DNA from: Nanoarchaeota archaeon SCGC AAA011-D5
GTDB lineage: Archaea > Nanobdellota > Nanobdellia > Pacearchaeales > GW2011-AR1
Assembly (NCBI GenBank): GCA_000405225.1
Contig: ASMP01000002.1
Span: forward strand, 70,073-134,072
Direction: 5' to 3'
Length of the DNA stretch: 64,000 bases
Translations under genes and position numbers: made by a program
Part shown: in pieces, positions 36,820 to 46,398 of the stretch
Layout: every line of letters begins with the position of its first letter
How positions within the stretch are numbered: the first letter of the stretch is position 1
Notes under the pieces: generated by a model
What the model was told of the DNA's origin: nothing
Database searches by the model: none
Seen by the model: only the letters and a program-made list of their open reading frames with translations

Positions 36820-37980
36820 TCATATAGCAAAGATTTTTTTAGTTTCATCCAAAAGCCTGTTGGTAAAACTTTCCGTGGTTTCACCTTCCTGTTTTTCAGT
36901 GGACAGTGCACTCATTATTTGGGGGATAAACTTGTTGAATGCCGCAGGATTTTGTTCGGAATATTTTTTTATTGACTCCTCCTCTATATTTTCTGTTTCG
37001 GGGATTTCAGTCGCAATCTCTGCCTCTTTTGTCTTCAAATCGTGGGTATTTCGCAGCAAAAAAAAAGCTCCTTTTTTCTTTGCGGTTTCCTCTATCTTGG
37101 CAAATTTTATATCAGAGTGTTTTCCGCTTTCCAGAATCCCGCGTATCCTCAGAAGAACTATCTTGTCTTCCAGATCTTGCTTTTCAAGTTCGGAGAGAAT
37201 CTGCTCTGTTGCCCTTATGGCGTTTTTTACCTCTATATCAAAAGAAACCACGTTCTTGATTTTCAGGTCGATTCTTTTTAAGGGTTTTTCAAGACTGGAA
37301 TCCACGATGTAAAATCTTCCGTGCTGCAAATCTTCCAGTTCCTGGAAATTATTCGGAAATATTGGACCGGGATAAACAAAATTTTCATATTGAAAATCAA
37401 TGTGCAGGTGTCCAAGGGCATAATAGTCTGCCTTGGGGACTTTTGAAATTTCAAGAGCGTCTATGGGAAGGTTCCCTTTCGCCTTGTCTATAGTCGTATG
37501 CAGCAGAAAGATTTTGAATAAGCCAGGGGCTTCGTCAAACTGAGCTCTTCTCAAATCCCCCACTTCAAGTCCAGAGGTTTTTCCAGGATATCCGTAGAGT
37601 GCAACCCCTTTATGAATCGTCGGACTCAATATTATCCTATCATTTTTTTCTTCAAACACGGCGACGTTTTTGCAAAAACCTGCCTTCTCCAAAACATCGA
37701 GGAAAGTTTTTCCAGAAACAGAATAGTCGTGGCTTCCTGCAATTAAAAAACACGGGATTCCTGCTTCTTTTAGTTTTCTGAATTCCGCAAAACTTTCTTT
37801 AAGGACGTCTATTGGCGGGAAAGCTGCATCAAAAAGATCTCCTGCAATAACCACGAATTCTACTTTCTCCCCGATGCATATTTCAAGAGCCTTTTTGAAG
37901 GACTCGAGATTAAGATCCTGCAGAGGCTGTTGTTTCCATCCTCCGAGATGTACGTCAGCTATATGGGCAAATTTTACCAT
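36820..37980 (-). CDS. mre11: Mre11 nuclease
   Basis: ADVHLG, AGDLFD, GSHD, LLHT, LGHLH. Confidence 0.95.
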   Translation of the reverse strand: MVKFAHIADVHLGGWKQQPLQDLNLESFKKALEICIGEKVEFVVIAGDLFDAAFPPIDVLKESFAEFRKLKEAGIPCFLIAGSHDYSVSGKTFLDVLEKAGFCKNVAVFEEKNDRIILSPTIHKGVALYGYPGKTSGLEVGDLRRAQFDEAPGLFKIFLLHTTIDKAKGNLPIDALEISKVPKADYYALGHLHIDFQYENFVYPGPIFPNNFQELEDLQHGRFYIVDSSLEKPLKRIDLKIKNVVSFDIEVKNAIRATEQILSELEKQDLEDKIVLLRIRGILESGKHSDIKFAKIEETAKKKGAFFLLRNTHDLKTKEAEIATEIPETENIEEESIKKYSEQNPAAFNKFIPQIMSALSTEKQEGETTESFTNRLLDETKKIFAI

Positions 37981-38073
37981 TTTGCTTCACCATTTTTTAC
38001 TAAATTTAAAGCATACAAGAACTATATAAAATTGATTGTGATTTAGTCCAAATTTTATATAAAAGGTCTTAGC

Positions 38074-38384
38074 AGCTAAGGCCATTCCAAAAGCACAGCT
38101 GTTCTCGTTGTTGCCATGGTTGTTCGAGTTAACATTCAACCTGTTGTTGCCCAAGTTCCTGTTGGAATTCAGACTCGCAACCCAGCTATGTAGCCAGTTT
38201 ATCTCATGAAATTTTTATTTTTCATGTCAGGAATCTTGCCTGCACAGAGCAAAATTTAATTTGCACACCATCGCTTCAAGTTTCGCAAATATTAGATATA
38301 AAAACTACTATTTGTCGCGATTGAATTTTATGACTTAAAATAAACCTGAATAATGCCTTAATAAACTGGCGTGTGGCCTTAGCT
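38074..38384 (-). ncRNA. Putative DGR template RNA (structured 5' domain + TR), bounded by long-range pairing
   Basis: 11-bp IR 38374-38384/38074-38084 encloses TR; nested 10-bp IR 38361-38370/38193-38202; hairpin 38205-38226; no avd ORF. Confidence 0.6.
38087..38183 (-). repeat. DGR template repeat (TR)
   Basis: 97 nt, 30 adenines on minus strand (12 AAY codons in target frame); differs from VR only at adenines. Confidence 0.97.
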
Positions 38385-38447
38385 CAAGCTTTTTTTAAGC
38401 TCTGCTAAGACAAATAAATAAGTAAAAACAGGTTTAAATTTTTTGCG

Positions 38448-38464
38448 AACCAGCTTCGCTGGTT
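38448..38464 (-). other. DGR target-recognition hairpin (7-bp stem, GAA loop)
   Basis: AACCAGC-GAA-GCTGGTT immediately after the target stop codon. Confidence 0.85.
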
Positions 38465-39165
38465 TACTTCAACACCCCAAAAGCACAGCAGTACTCGTCG
38501 CTGCCACGGTCGTACGAGACAACATCCAACCCGTCGTCGCCCAAGTCCCCGTCGGAACCCAGACCCGCAACCCCTGCTTCTGGTGTTTTCAAACTTGATA
38601 AATCTGGAACCCAAATGTGAGCTTTTTTATCTGGGTGTTTTGATGCAAGTTCTGCAAGTTTTTCAGCTCCTTCTTCACCACCAGCCCATGCAACAAAGTA
38701 AGGATGCTTTCCTACTTCTTTCCAGCTAACAGGACCTTGCCTAAGATGTTCAAAAGAAACTTGCGCACGGCTTTCGGCTAATCTTTTTAGCAAACCACCT
38801 CTATCAACAACAGAATTCTCATCAAATTCAGGATTATCTATAAAATGAGCAATTCTTTCTTTTGGAAGGTAAAGAATTCCTGTAAATCCTCTGAAATATC
38901 TATCTTTCATAATCTGATTAACTTCTCTTGCTTGAGGTTCATTGCCACTAAAATATTCATGAACAAAAGAAACTAATTCCGAAGTTGTTGGTTCTCTATA
39001 ACCAGTTGGATTTTCAGAAGAACCTCTTATTCGCCTTAAAAGATTCAGGGAATTTGCAGGGCCATAAAACGGATGCACCGCTGTTAAAATTTTTCCCTTG
39101 TGTGGAAAATCCATTTCTGTTCTTCCAACTCTTATTCTTTGTCTTGTGTCAGATTGAGTTTCCAT
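38464..39165 (-). CDS. DGR variable (target) protein, CLec-like
   Basis: C-terminal VR encodes VAGLGSDGDLGDDGLDVVSYDRGSDEYCCAFG. Confidence 0.92.
   Translation of the reverse strand: METQSDTRQRIRVGRTEMDFPHKGKILTAVHPFYGPANSLNLLRRIRGSSENPTGYREPTTSELVSFVHEYFSGNEPQAREVNQIMKDRYFRGFTGILYLPKERIAHFIDNPEFDENSVVDRGGLLKRLAESRAQVSFEHLRQGPVSWKEVGKHPYFVAWAGGEEGAEKLAELASKHPDKKAHIWVPDLSSLKTPEAGVAGLGSDGDLGDDGLDVVSYDRGSDEYCCAFGVLK
38477..38573 (-). repeat. DGR variable repeat (VR)
   Basis: Aligns to TR at offset 390: 19 mismatches (15 A>G, 4 A>T), none at the 67 non-A positions. Confidence 0.97.
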
Positions 39166-39186
39166 AGTTTTCTCATAAAAATGAAG

Positions 39187-39210
39187 TTTATAAATCTTTC
39201 TATTTTGTTA
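39187..39210 (-). promoter_or_regulatory. Shared 24-bp promoter of DGR target
   Basis: TAACAAAATAGAAAGATTTATAAA, identical to 41556-41579 and 46902-46925. Confidence 0.8.
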
Positions 39211-39243
39211 TTCTTTTTAAGAGGTAACAAAAGAGGAGTGATT

Positions 39244-39639
39244 TTAAAACAATGCCCTAAAGAAAAGATTGCTGAAAAAGAGAGATATTTCTTCTTTGAA
39301 GAAAATAACGGCAGCCAGAACTCCAAATGAGAGAAGAAGAAGGGCAAAAAGTATGAATGTTATTGCTGTTCCTGTTCTGCTTGGTTTTTTTCCGTAGTTT
39401 CCGTATTCCGAAACTCTCTGGACAACTGTCTGAGCCGTCATAGGGGAGGGAATTTTCTGCTGCGGTTGCTGGAATTGCGGCTGGGGCTGATAAGTTGTCG
39501 GCATCTGCAAAACACTTGCGGCTTCTTCGATGTCTTCTTTCGAATAACCTGCATTAAAAAAACTGGTCAGAGCCTTTTCCAGAGGCTCTCCTTTGGAAAC
39601 AGCCTGCCTCAAGCCCTCAACAATCTCCTCTTTAGTCAT
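39244..39639 (-). CDS. Hypothetical C-terminally anchored membrane protein
   Basis: NAGYSKEDIEEA N-domain, Gln/Pro linker, TM helix. Confidence 0.6.
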   Translation of the reverse strand: MTKEEIVEGLRQAVSKGEPLEKALTSFFNAGYSKEDIEEAASVLQMPTTYQPQPQFQQPQQKIPSPMTAQTVVQRVSEYGNYGKKPSRTGTAITFILFALLLLSFGVLAAVIFFKEEISLFFSNLFFRALF

Positions 39640-39760
39640 GTTTGATAAAAGAAGTTTTAGTTTAAAAACATTAGTCTGGAGATTGGTAATAAAAACTGTT
39701 AATTTAAAAAAGATTTATAGTTATATAGTTAGATGGTATGTGTAAGTTAGAAATTTCTTT

Positions 39761-41110
39761 TTAATCAAACCTCAGAATTTTTCCGTTGGGGGATAAATGA
39801 GAAGTTTCGCCAAACTTATAGCCGAGTTCTCCCACAAGTTCAATTAAAGGGGTTTCCTGCTGTAAAGAACCATGTGCAGGGATTACGTGCTCTGGTTTTA
39901 ACATATTCACGAGATCCCTCATGTCTTCCCTGGCGCCATGCCCTGAAACATGCACATCTGTCTGAATCCTCACTCCCTTTTTTCTAAGCCTTTTGTCCAT
40001 TCTTTCTCTGGCGTTTATATTAACAGGGTCTGGAATGACGCTGGAGCAGAAAACTATGTTGTCTCCTTCCCTGAGTTTTAGAGGAGTTTCGTCCTTTACT
40101 ATCCTGTCAAGTATAGAGCCGGGTTCTGCCTGATGTCCTGTGCACACAATCAGGTATTTCCCCCTGTTTTTTTCCACTTTTCCCAAGAAAGAATCTACCT
40201 GCTTCCTGTATTTCATCATCGCTATGTCTTTTTTGAAGGGGCATTGTCCTACTTTTATTGCTGCATTTGTATATTTGTAAAGGCTTCTTCCAACAAAGAT
40301 TATCTGCCTTCCTGTTTTTTTTCCGAAATCAACTATGCTCTTAAGCCTTGATATATGGGAAGAAAAAGTCGTGACAATGAAGGCAGCATTTCTGTCTCTT
40401 ACAGAAGAAATGGCATCTTCAACCATATTTCTTGCTATTCTCTCACTCGGTGTTTTCCTTTCTAATTTTGAATAAAGGGCATCAAGCACGAGTACTTTGA
40501 TTCCTTTTCTTCCAAGCTCCCTTAGTTTGTTGTATCTCGGGGGGTCTCCTATTATAGGATAGTTATCGAATTTAAAATCCAGCGCATAAAAAAAAGTTCC
40601 TTCAGAAGTATGCATTGCTATGAAAACGCACTGCAAAGTTGAATGCGTCGCGTGAATGAACTCCATCTTTATCTGACCAGAGCTTCCATTTAAGACATAA
40701 GTTGAATCTTCCTTGACAATTCGCCTTCTGTTTTTAACGACAATTTTTTCACTTTCCAGAATTTCATCAAGAACAGCCATCGTGAAAGGTGTTGCAATTA
40801 TTTCTGCCTGAGGATACCTGTGAACAAGATAAGGCAATGCCCCTAAATGGTCCAGATGTGCGTGTCCTATGACTATAGCCTTAACTTTATTTGTCCAGCC
40901 GTATTTGTCAAGGACAAGATCATCCGGAAGCGCTCCAATTCTCCTTAAATCTTTCTCGTTATAGATGCGCTCATGGCTTTCTTCTTCCTGGATTTCTATT
41001 ATTGCAGGAAGATAAATCCCTGCATCAAAGATTATCACGTCGTCCTTGACTTTTACAGCAGTCATGTTCTTTCCAACCTGCTCAAATCCACCAATTGTGC
41101 AAACTTCCAT
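39761..41110 (-). CDS. rnj: Ribonuclease J
   Basis: GGFEQVGKNMT, GHAHLDHLG, HVSGH, PAHG. Confidence 0.95.
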   Translation of the reverse strand: MEVCTIGGFEQVGKNMTAVKVKDDVIIFDAGIYLPAIIEIQEEESHERIYNEKDLRRIGALPDDLVLDKYGWTNKVKAIVIGHAHLDHLGALPYLVHRYPQAEIIATPFTMAVLDEILESEKIVVKNRRRIVKEDSTYVLNGSSGQIKMEFIHATHSTLQCVFIAMHTSEGTFFYALDFKFDNYPIIGDPPRYNKLRELGRKGIKVLVLDALYSKLERKTPSERIARNMVEDAISSVRDRNAAFIVTTFSSHISRLKSIVDFGKKTGRQIIFVGRSLYKYTNAAIKVGQCPFKKDIAMMKYRKQVDSFLGKVEKNRGKYLIVCTGHQAEPGSILDRIVKDETPLKLREGDNIVFCSSVIPDPVNINARERMDKRLRKKGVRIQTDVHVSGHGAREDMRDLVNMLKPEHVIPAHGSLQQETPLIELVGELGYKFGETSHLSPNGKILRFD

Positions 41111-41268
41111 TTCATAAAGGAAGTTTGTTTGGTTTAAAAAGTTTTAATGTTAAAACTTTTAATTTTAAGCTGATAGGGTGACTAATTTGATTAGTTGATT
41201 ATAATATGCCTGCTAGTAATACCATGATTCATGGCTAATTTTATAAATAAACTTGTTCTATTTAATTC

Positions 41269-41541
41269 ATGAAACCATTAAAGCCAAGCATGAGGGAAAA
41301 CAAAAGGTATCTCCTTGTAAAAGGGAATGGTCTCGGAAAAAATGTCAAGAAAGCAATTCTGGAAGGCATAGGTGTTTTGGGGCTTTCTAAGGCCGGTTTT
41401 TCCTGGATAAAGAAAGGAGAAGAATCCGCAATTATCGCCGTAAACAGGGAAGCCCTGAGTGAAGTGAGGGCGAGCTTTGCGATTTCTCCGGAGAAAATTC
41501 AGGTTGAACGAGTTTCCGGAAGCCTGAAAAAGCTAAGATAG
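41269..41541 (+). CDS. RNase P protein Pop5/Rpp14
   Basis: LKPSMRENKRYLL...VSGSLKKL. Confidence 0.85.
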   Translation: MKPLKPSMRENKRYLLVKGNGLGKNVKKAILEGIGVLGLSKAGFSWIKKGEESAIIAVNREALSEVRASFAISPEKIQVERVSGSLKKLR

Positions 41542-41555
41542 TAATTCTTTAGTAA

Positions 41556-41579
41556 TAACAAAATAGAAAGATTTATAAA
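41556..41579 (+). promoter_or_regulatory. Shared 24-bp promoter
   Basis: TAACAAAATAGAAAGATTTATAAA, 21 nt upstream of ATG 41601. Confidence 0.8.
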
Positions 41580-41600
41580 TATTATATTGTTTGGTGAAAA

Positions 41601-41981
41601 ATGGAAAGTTTAGAAGATATTGCTGGTATTGATTGGTCTAAAGCATTGCCCAAAGGCAGAAATCCAAATGAGACAAGAAGGATGGTATTATACGAAATAA
41701 GAAGAGGAATCAAAGGGAGATGGGGATTTTTAAGGAACCTCACCAAAACAGAAGATGAAGTTATTCAAATTATTATGTCAACAAGAATAACAAATGATAC
41801 TGAAGCTGCTAAAAAAGTTATAAGATATTTAGAGAACACTAATTATGTTCATTATAGTGATGGTTCTGGTGATATCTCTCTTTGTAATGATGGATATTAT
41901 AATTTAAAAAGAGTTCAGGATAGAAAGGAAAATATAAGATTTAAAATCCTGGATCTTCATTTGCCTACCCATTGGGACTGA
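41601..41981 (+). CDS. Hypothetical protein
   Basis: 126-aa ORF with own promoter, inserted between pop5 and psmA. Confidence 0.6.
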   Translation: MESLEDIAGIDWSKALPKGRNPNETRRMVLYEIRRGIKGRWGFLRNLTKTEDEVIQIIMSTRITNDTEAAKKVIRYLENTNYVHYSDGSGDISLCNDGYYNLKRVQDRKENIRFKILDLHLPTHWD

Positions 41982-42193
41982 TTAATTCTGGTGTAATATC
42001 ATAAATCTTTATAAAAGTGTTTATTTGCTGATAAAGAATATTAAAATGTCATTAGTGAATAAGCTAGAAGGGATGATATAGAATAAAGCTTAAACTCCCC
42101 ACAAAAAGGTTTTTAAACCTCAAGATTTTTTAATTCTTGGTTGAGAAGAAATAGAGAATCAGTTTAAATTATACACTTCTCCAAAATTAGAAA

Positions 42194-42919
42194 ATGGACA
42201 TGCCAATAGACATGCAGCACCAGGCAATGGGCTATGACCGAACTGCCACTATGTTTTCCCCTGAAGGAACCATCCTCCAGGTTGAATATGCGCAGAAGAC
42301 GGTCAGGCTCGGAAGCTCGAGCATAGGAATGATTTGTGTAGACGGGGTTTTTCTTATAGCTGACAAAAGAATGAAAGATAAGCTTGTAATTCAGAAATCC
42401 GCAAACAAGATTTATGAGATAGATTCCCATATAATTGTATGTGCGGCAGGAATAGTCTCTGATGCAAGGGTTCTCATAGAAAGAGGCCAATTGAGTGCGC
42501 AGCAGCACAGGATTACTTACGATTCTCCCATAGAGCCAGAACTCATAATAAAAGAGATTTCAAACATTAAACAGCAGTTCACCCAGTATGGAGGAGCAAG
42601 GCCTTTCGGTGTTTCTCTGATGGTTGCGGGAATAAGGGCAAAAAAGCCAGAGCTTTACACCAGCGACATCACCGGAAATTATTTCTCTTATCATGCAAAT
42701 GCGATAGGTGAAAATGAAGAAAAAATAAGGGAAAAACTGAGAGAACAGTACAAGCCTGAGCTAAACATCAAGAAAGGAGTTAAGCTTGCTTTAGATATCT
42801 TCAAGGAAATCCAGGGTAAAAACTTTGACTTGGAAAGGTTCGATCTCGTGTACATAAAAAATGAAGAAGGACGACTCCAGAGAGTGAAAGAAGAAGAATT
42901 GAAGGAGTTTGTCAAGTAA
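42194..42919 (+). CDS. psmA: Proteasome subunit alpha
   Basis: GYDRTATMFSPEG..QVEYA, RPFGVSL. Confidence 0.97.
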   Translation: MDMPIDMQHQAMGYDRTATMFSPEGTILQVEYAQKTVRLGSSSIGMICVDGVFLIADKRMKDKLVIQKSANKIYEIDSHIIVCAAGIVSDARVLIERGQLSAQQHRITYDSPIEPELIIKEISNIKQQFTQYGGARPFGVSLMVAGIRAKKPELYTSDITGNYFSYHANAIGENEEKIREKLREQYKPELNIKKGVKLALDIFKEIQGKNFDLERFDLVYIKNEEGRLQRVKEEELKEFVK

Positions 42920-42930
42920 TTATTATTAAT

Positions 42931-43614
42931 ATGGTTCAGACTACAGCAAGAATAAAGCAGAGCGGAAAACATTTTGAGATTATGGTTGATCTGGACAAGG
43001 CCCTTAAGTTCAGGAAAGGGCAGTCTTCAAGCACGGATTTTCTGGAATCAGAAAGTATTTTTACAGATTCAAAAAAAGGATTTCATGCTTCTGAAAAAGA
43101 TCTCATGGAATCTTTCGGAACCAAAGATGCTGTAGAAATCGCGAAAAAAATAGTGAAGTCCGGGGAAATTCTTCTCACTCAGGAACACAGAGACGGGGAA
43201 AAGGACAAAAAAATAAAACAAGTGATTGATTTTCTCGCCGTCAATGCATCTGACCCAAAAACAGGAATGCCCCACACTCCTGAAAGAATAAAAAATGCTC
43301 TGGAACAAGCTCAGGTAAACATAAAAAATACCCCTATAGAATCCCAAATAAGAGAAATTATTGAAAAAATAAGCCATATCCTTCCCATAATGTTAAAGAC
43401 AAAGAGGATAAGAATTTTAGTTCCTGCAATCCATACGGGAAGAGCTTACGGAATTTTCAGCCAGTATAAAGAAAGCGAAAACTGGCTTTCAAATGGCGAC
43501 CTTGAAGCGATAGTCAATATTCCTTCAGGATTGCTGATGGAGTTTTATGAAAAATTAAATGCTATAACTCATGGTGCAGCAGTCACAGAAGAAATTAAGG
43601 AGAAGGAAAAATGA
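42931..43614 (+). CDS. Ribosome maturation factor SBDS/Sdo1
   Basis: KHFEIMVD, IFTDSKKG, PHTPERI. Confidence 0.92.
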   Translation: MVQTTARIKQSGKHFEIMVDLDKALKFRKGQSSSTDFLESESIFTDSKKGFHASEKDLMESFGTKDAVEIAKKIVKSGEILLTQEHRDGEKDKKIKQVIDFLAVNASDPKTGMPHTPERIKNALEQAQVNIKNTPIESQIREIIEKISHILPIMLKTKRIRILVPAIHTGRAYGIFSQYKESENWLSNGDLEAIVNIPSGLLMEFYEKLNAITHGAAVTEEIKEKEK

Positions 43615-43838
43615 GTAGTCCTGAGATGTTTTATTTAGAAATGCTTGCGAACATTGAAACTCCGGCTCTTTCCGGAGGATTTGGTGTTAAAGAGAATCAT
43701 CAGATTTACCATGATTACTGTCAATTAAGAAACTCTGCTAAAGATTTATTAAGCAACCCCCAAGATACAGAAGCAAGAAGAAAGTTATCAGAATTAATAA
43801 TTAAATTAGAATTATTAGAATTAACAAAAATAAATTGA
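43611..43838 (+). CDS. Hypothetical protein
   Basis: 75-aa ORF overlapping the SBDS stop (ATGA). Confidence 0.5.
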   Translation: MSSPEMFYLEMLANIETPALSGGFGVKENHQIYHDYCQLRNSAKDLLSNPQDTEARRKLSELIIKLELLELTKIN

Positions 43839-43840
43839 AA

Positions 43841-44512
43841 ATGGAACGCAAAGTTGTAATCCCGGGGGAAGTTATTGCATCTGGAGAAGACTATCTGCCG
43901 GGTGAGGGAACAGAAAAACGCGGCCAGGAAATAGTTGCAATCCGCTATGGCCTTGCAGAAGAATCAAACAGGCTTGTCAGAGTGATTGCCCTTTCCGGAA
44001 TCTATCAAGCAAGAAGAGGCAATGTAATCATAGGAAAAGTGGAAAACATCACATTCAATGGATGGGTTGTGGACATAGATTCTCCAATAGGGGCATTTTT
44101 GCCTTTATCAGAAGTGCCAAGGTTTGTCAGCAAAGAAGCAATGGCTGAGGTTTTTGACATAGGAGATATGATTGTAGCGAAGATTCTCGGAGTCAACGGA
44201 AGAGGAATAGATTTGACGATAAAATCCAGAGGATTGGGGAGGATAGAAGAGGGAATGATAATAAAGGTAAATTCCAACAAGGTTCCGAGAGTGATTGGAA
44301 AGGAGGGAAGCATGATAGGGATAATAAAGAAAGAAACAGGCTGTGAAATAACTGTGGGCCAGAACGGATTGATATGGGTCAAAGGAAACAAAATAGAGGA
44401 CGAGCTTTTTGTGAAAAGGGCTATAATGTTTGTCGCAGAAAAATCCTCAACTTCTGGATTGACAGAAGAAGTGCAGAAATGGTTTGACAAACAGAAAGGA
44501 GGAAAAGAATAA
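43841..44512 (+). CDS. rrp4: Exosome RNA-binding subunit Rrp4
   Basis: VVIPGE, S1 domain, KH VPRVIGKEGSMI, VGQNG; ATG 43841 preferred. Confidence 0.95.
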   Translation: MERKVVIPGEVIASGEDYLPGEGTEKRGQEIVAIRYGLAEESNRLVRVIALSGIYQARRGNVIIGKVENITFNGWVVDIDSPIGAFLPLSEVPRFVSKEAMAEVFDIGDMIVAKILGVNGRGIDLTIKSRGLGRIEEGMIIKVNSNKVPRVIGKEGSMIGIIKKETGCEITVGQNGLIWVKGNKIEDELFVKRAIMFVAEKSSTSGLTEEVQKWFDKQKGGKE

Positions 44513-44514
44513 GA

Positions 44515-44883
44515 ATGAAGAAAAAAATTAATTTATATGCAATAGGAAATGAAGGGAATTTTAGTTATTATTTATTTGATAAAAAGAATGAGGTTTATCT
44601 TTCCTTGGAAAGATTACTAAATGAAATTTTTGACTTTTATCTTGAAGAATTTGTTCATGAGAATAACAAAAAAACCAATGTTGAAAAGTATAATGACCTT
44701 CATAAAAGAAGTCCTATAAATACCTCTAACAATTCTCGAGTTGACATTTTTTATGGTAACAAAAAAATGTTTGTTACAATTCATTCTTCCCTGAAGTTAA
44801 GACTAAAATTTAATGAAAAGTTATTCAAAATTGTAAATATGCCAAAATTAGTACAAATTAAATCAAAGAAAAATAAGAAATGA
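44515..44883 (+). CDS. Hypothetical protein
   Basis: AT-rich 122-aa ORF between rrp4 and rrp41, overlapping the rrp41 start. Confidence 0.5.
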   Translation: MKKKINLYAIGNEGNFSYYLFDKKNEVYLSLERLLNEIFDFYLEEFVHENNKKTNVEKYNDLHKRSPINTSNNSRVDIFYGNKKMFVTIHSSLKLRLKFNEKLFKIVNMPKLVQIKSKKNKK

Positions 44884-45584
44884 CAACAAAAACTTTCAAA
44901 AGACCTGACGGAAGGAAGCCAGAAGAAATAAGGCCGATGAGTGCAAAAGTGGGAGTTGTCCCAAATGCAGACGGAAGCGCTATGTTCTCTTTTGGAGACA
45001 CTGTAGCAATAGCAGCTGTTTATGGTCCGAGAAAAATGCATCCGCAGCATTCGCAAAATCCTGAAAAAGGGACTTTGAGATGCAACTACAACATGTTCAG
45101 CTTTTCCGTCGCAGAGAGGGCACGCCCAGGTCCCAATAGAAGAAGCACAGAGATAAGCAAGATAACAGAATGGGCACTTGAGCCGATAGTCATGATCAAG
45201 AAATATCCGAACATGGTAGTTGATGTTCACATAGGCATTCTGCAGGCAAACGCTTCCACGAGATGCGCAGGAATAAATGCCGCTGCCCTTGCACTTGCAC
45301 ATGCAGGGATTCCCATGAAAGAGATGGTTTCAAGCGTTTCTATAGGAAAACTCGACAAAAACCTGGTAGTTGATGTTGTAAAAGAAGAGGAAGATTGGGA
45401 AGAGGGAGAAGGAGCCACAGACATTCCAATAACACTTACAAACAGCGGAAAGATAACGCACATTCAGTTAGACGGAAAAATAACTTCCGAGGAGCTGAAA
45501 CAAGTCTTAAAACTCGCAAAAAAAGTAAACAAAGAAATCTATGAAGTACAGAAAAAAGCATTAAAGGAGTCTGTCAAATTTTGA
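44880..45584 (+). CDS. rrp41: Exosome subunit Rrp41
   Basis: RPDGR, ADGSA, YGPR, RRSTEIS, ASTRCAG. Confidence 0.95.
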   Translation: MTTKTFKRPDGRKPEEIRPMSAKVGVVPNADGSAMFSFGDTVAIAAVYGPRKMHPQHSQNPEKGTLRCNYNMFSFSVAERARPGPNRRSTEISKITEWALEPIVMIKKYPNMVVDVHIGILQANASTRCAGINAAALALAHAGIPMKEMVSSVSIGKLDKNLVVDVVKEEEDWEEGEGATDIPITLTNSGKITHIQLDGKITSEELKQVLKLAKKVNKEIYEVQKKALKESVKF

Positions 45585-45596
45585 AGACAATAAAAA

Positions 45597-46397
45597 ATGG
45601 AAACATCAAAAATAACAGGAGAGAGAATTGCAGAATACTTAAAACAAGGAAAGAGATTTGACGGAAGGAAGCCTGAGGAGTTCAGGAAGATAGAGATAGA
45701 GACAGGAGTCTCAAAAAAGGCAGAAGGCTCTGCAAGAGTCAAGATAGGAAAGACAGAAGTCATAGTCGGCGTTAAAATGGATGTCATGGAACCTTATCCT
45801 GATTCTGCAGATAGGGGAAATCTGATAGTTTCTGCCGAGCTTCTTCCTTTAAGCTCTGAAAGATTCGAGAGCGGGCCTCCAAGATTCCCTGCCATAGAAA
45901 TAGGAAGGCTTACAGACAGGGCGATAAGAGAAAGCAAATTCATACAGATGGAAAAACTATGCATAAAAGAAGGGGAAAAAGTATGGGCTATTTATATAGA
46001 CATATACTCTTTGAATGACGACGGAAATCTGATGGATGCGGCAGAAATCGGGGCAGTTGCTGCCCTTAAAACAGCAAGGATGCCAAAATATGACGAAGAA
46101 ACAGAAAGGGTTGTCTATGGAGAGTTCACAGACAAGAAAATACCCCTGCAAAAAGAGCCTCCTATAATGATAACTGCCTACAAGATAGGGGATTCGTGGA
46201 TAGTTGATCCGACTCTTGAAGAAGAGGATATCTCACAGGTAAAAGTAAGCATTGGAGCAACACCCGAGGGAATAATCTCCTCTATACAGAAAGGGGAAGC
46301 CAGTGAGATAAGCATAGAGGAATTTGAAGACGTGATAGAGCTTACAGAAGAAATCAGAAAGAAAGTTTTTTCAAACATAAAAAATTCGCTGGAGTAA
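45597..46397 (+). CDS. rrp42: Exosome subunit Rrp42
   Basis: RFDGRKPEEFR, AEGSA, DDGNLMDA, VDPTLEEE. Confidence 0.95.
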   Translation: METSKITGERIAEYLKQGKRFDGRKPEEFRKIEIETGVSKKAEGSARVKIGKTEVIVGVKMDVMEPYPDSADRGNLIVSAELLPLSSERFESGPPRFPAIEIGRLTDRAIRESKFIQMEKLCIKEGEKVWAIYIDIYSLNDDGNLMDAAEIGAVAALKTARMPKYDEETERVVYGEFTDKKIPLQKEPPIMITAYKIGDSWIVDPTLEEEDISQVKVSIGATPEGIISSIQKGEASEISIEEFEDVIELTEEIRKKVFSNIKNSLE

Positions 46398-46398
46398 A

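Noticed and set aside
36813-36911. N-terminal extension of Rad50 overlapping mre11
   Set aside because: Canonical MIIKKIILNNIRSY starts at 36812, 7 nt after the mre11 stop; the extension is an ORF-caller artefact.
38184-38447. avd gene between VR and TR
   Set aside because: No minus-strand ORF of plausible length (frequent stops); the sequence instead shows nested complementarity.
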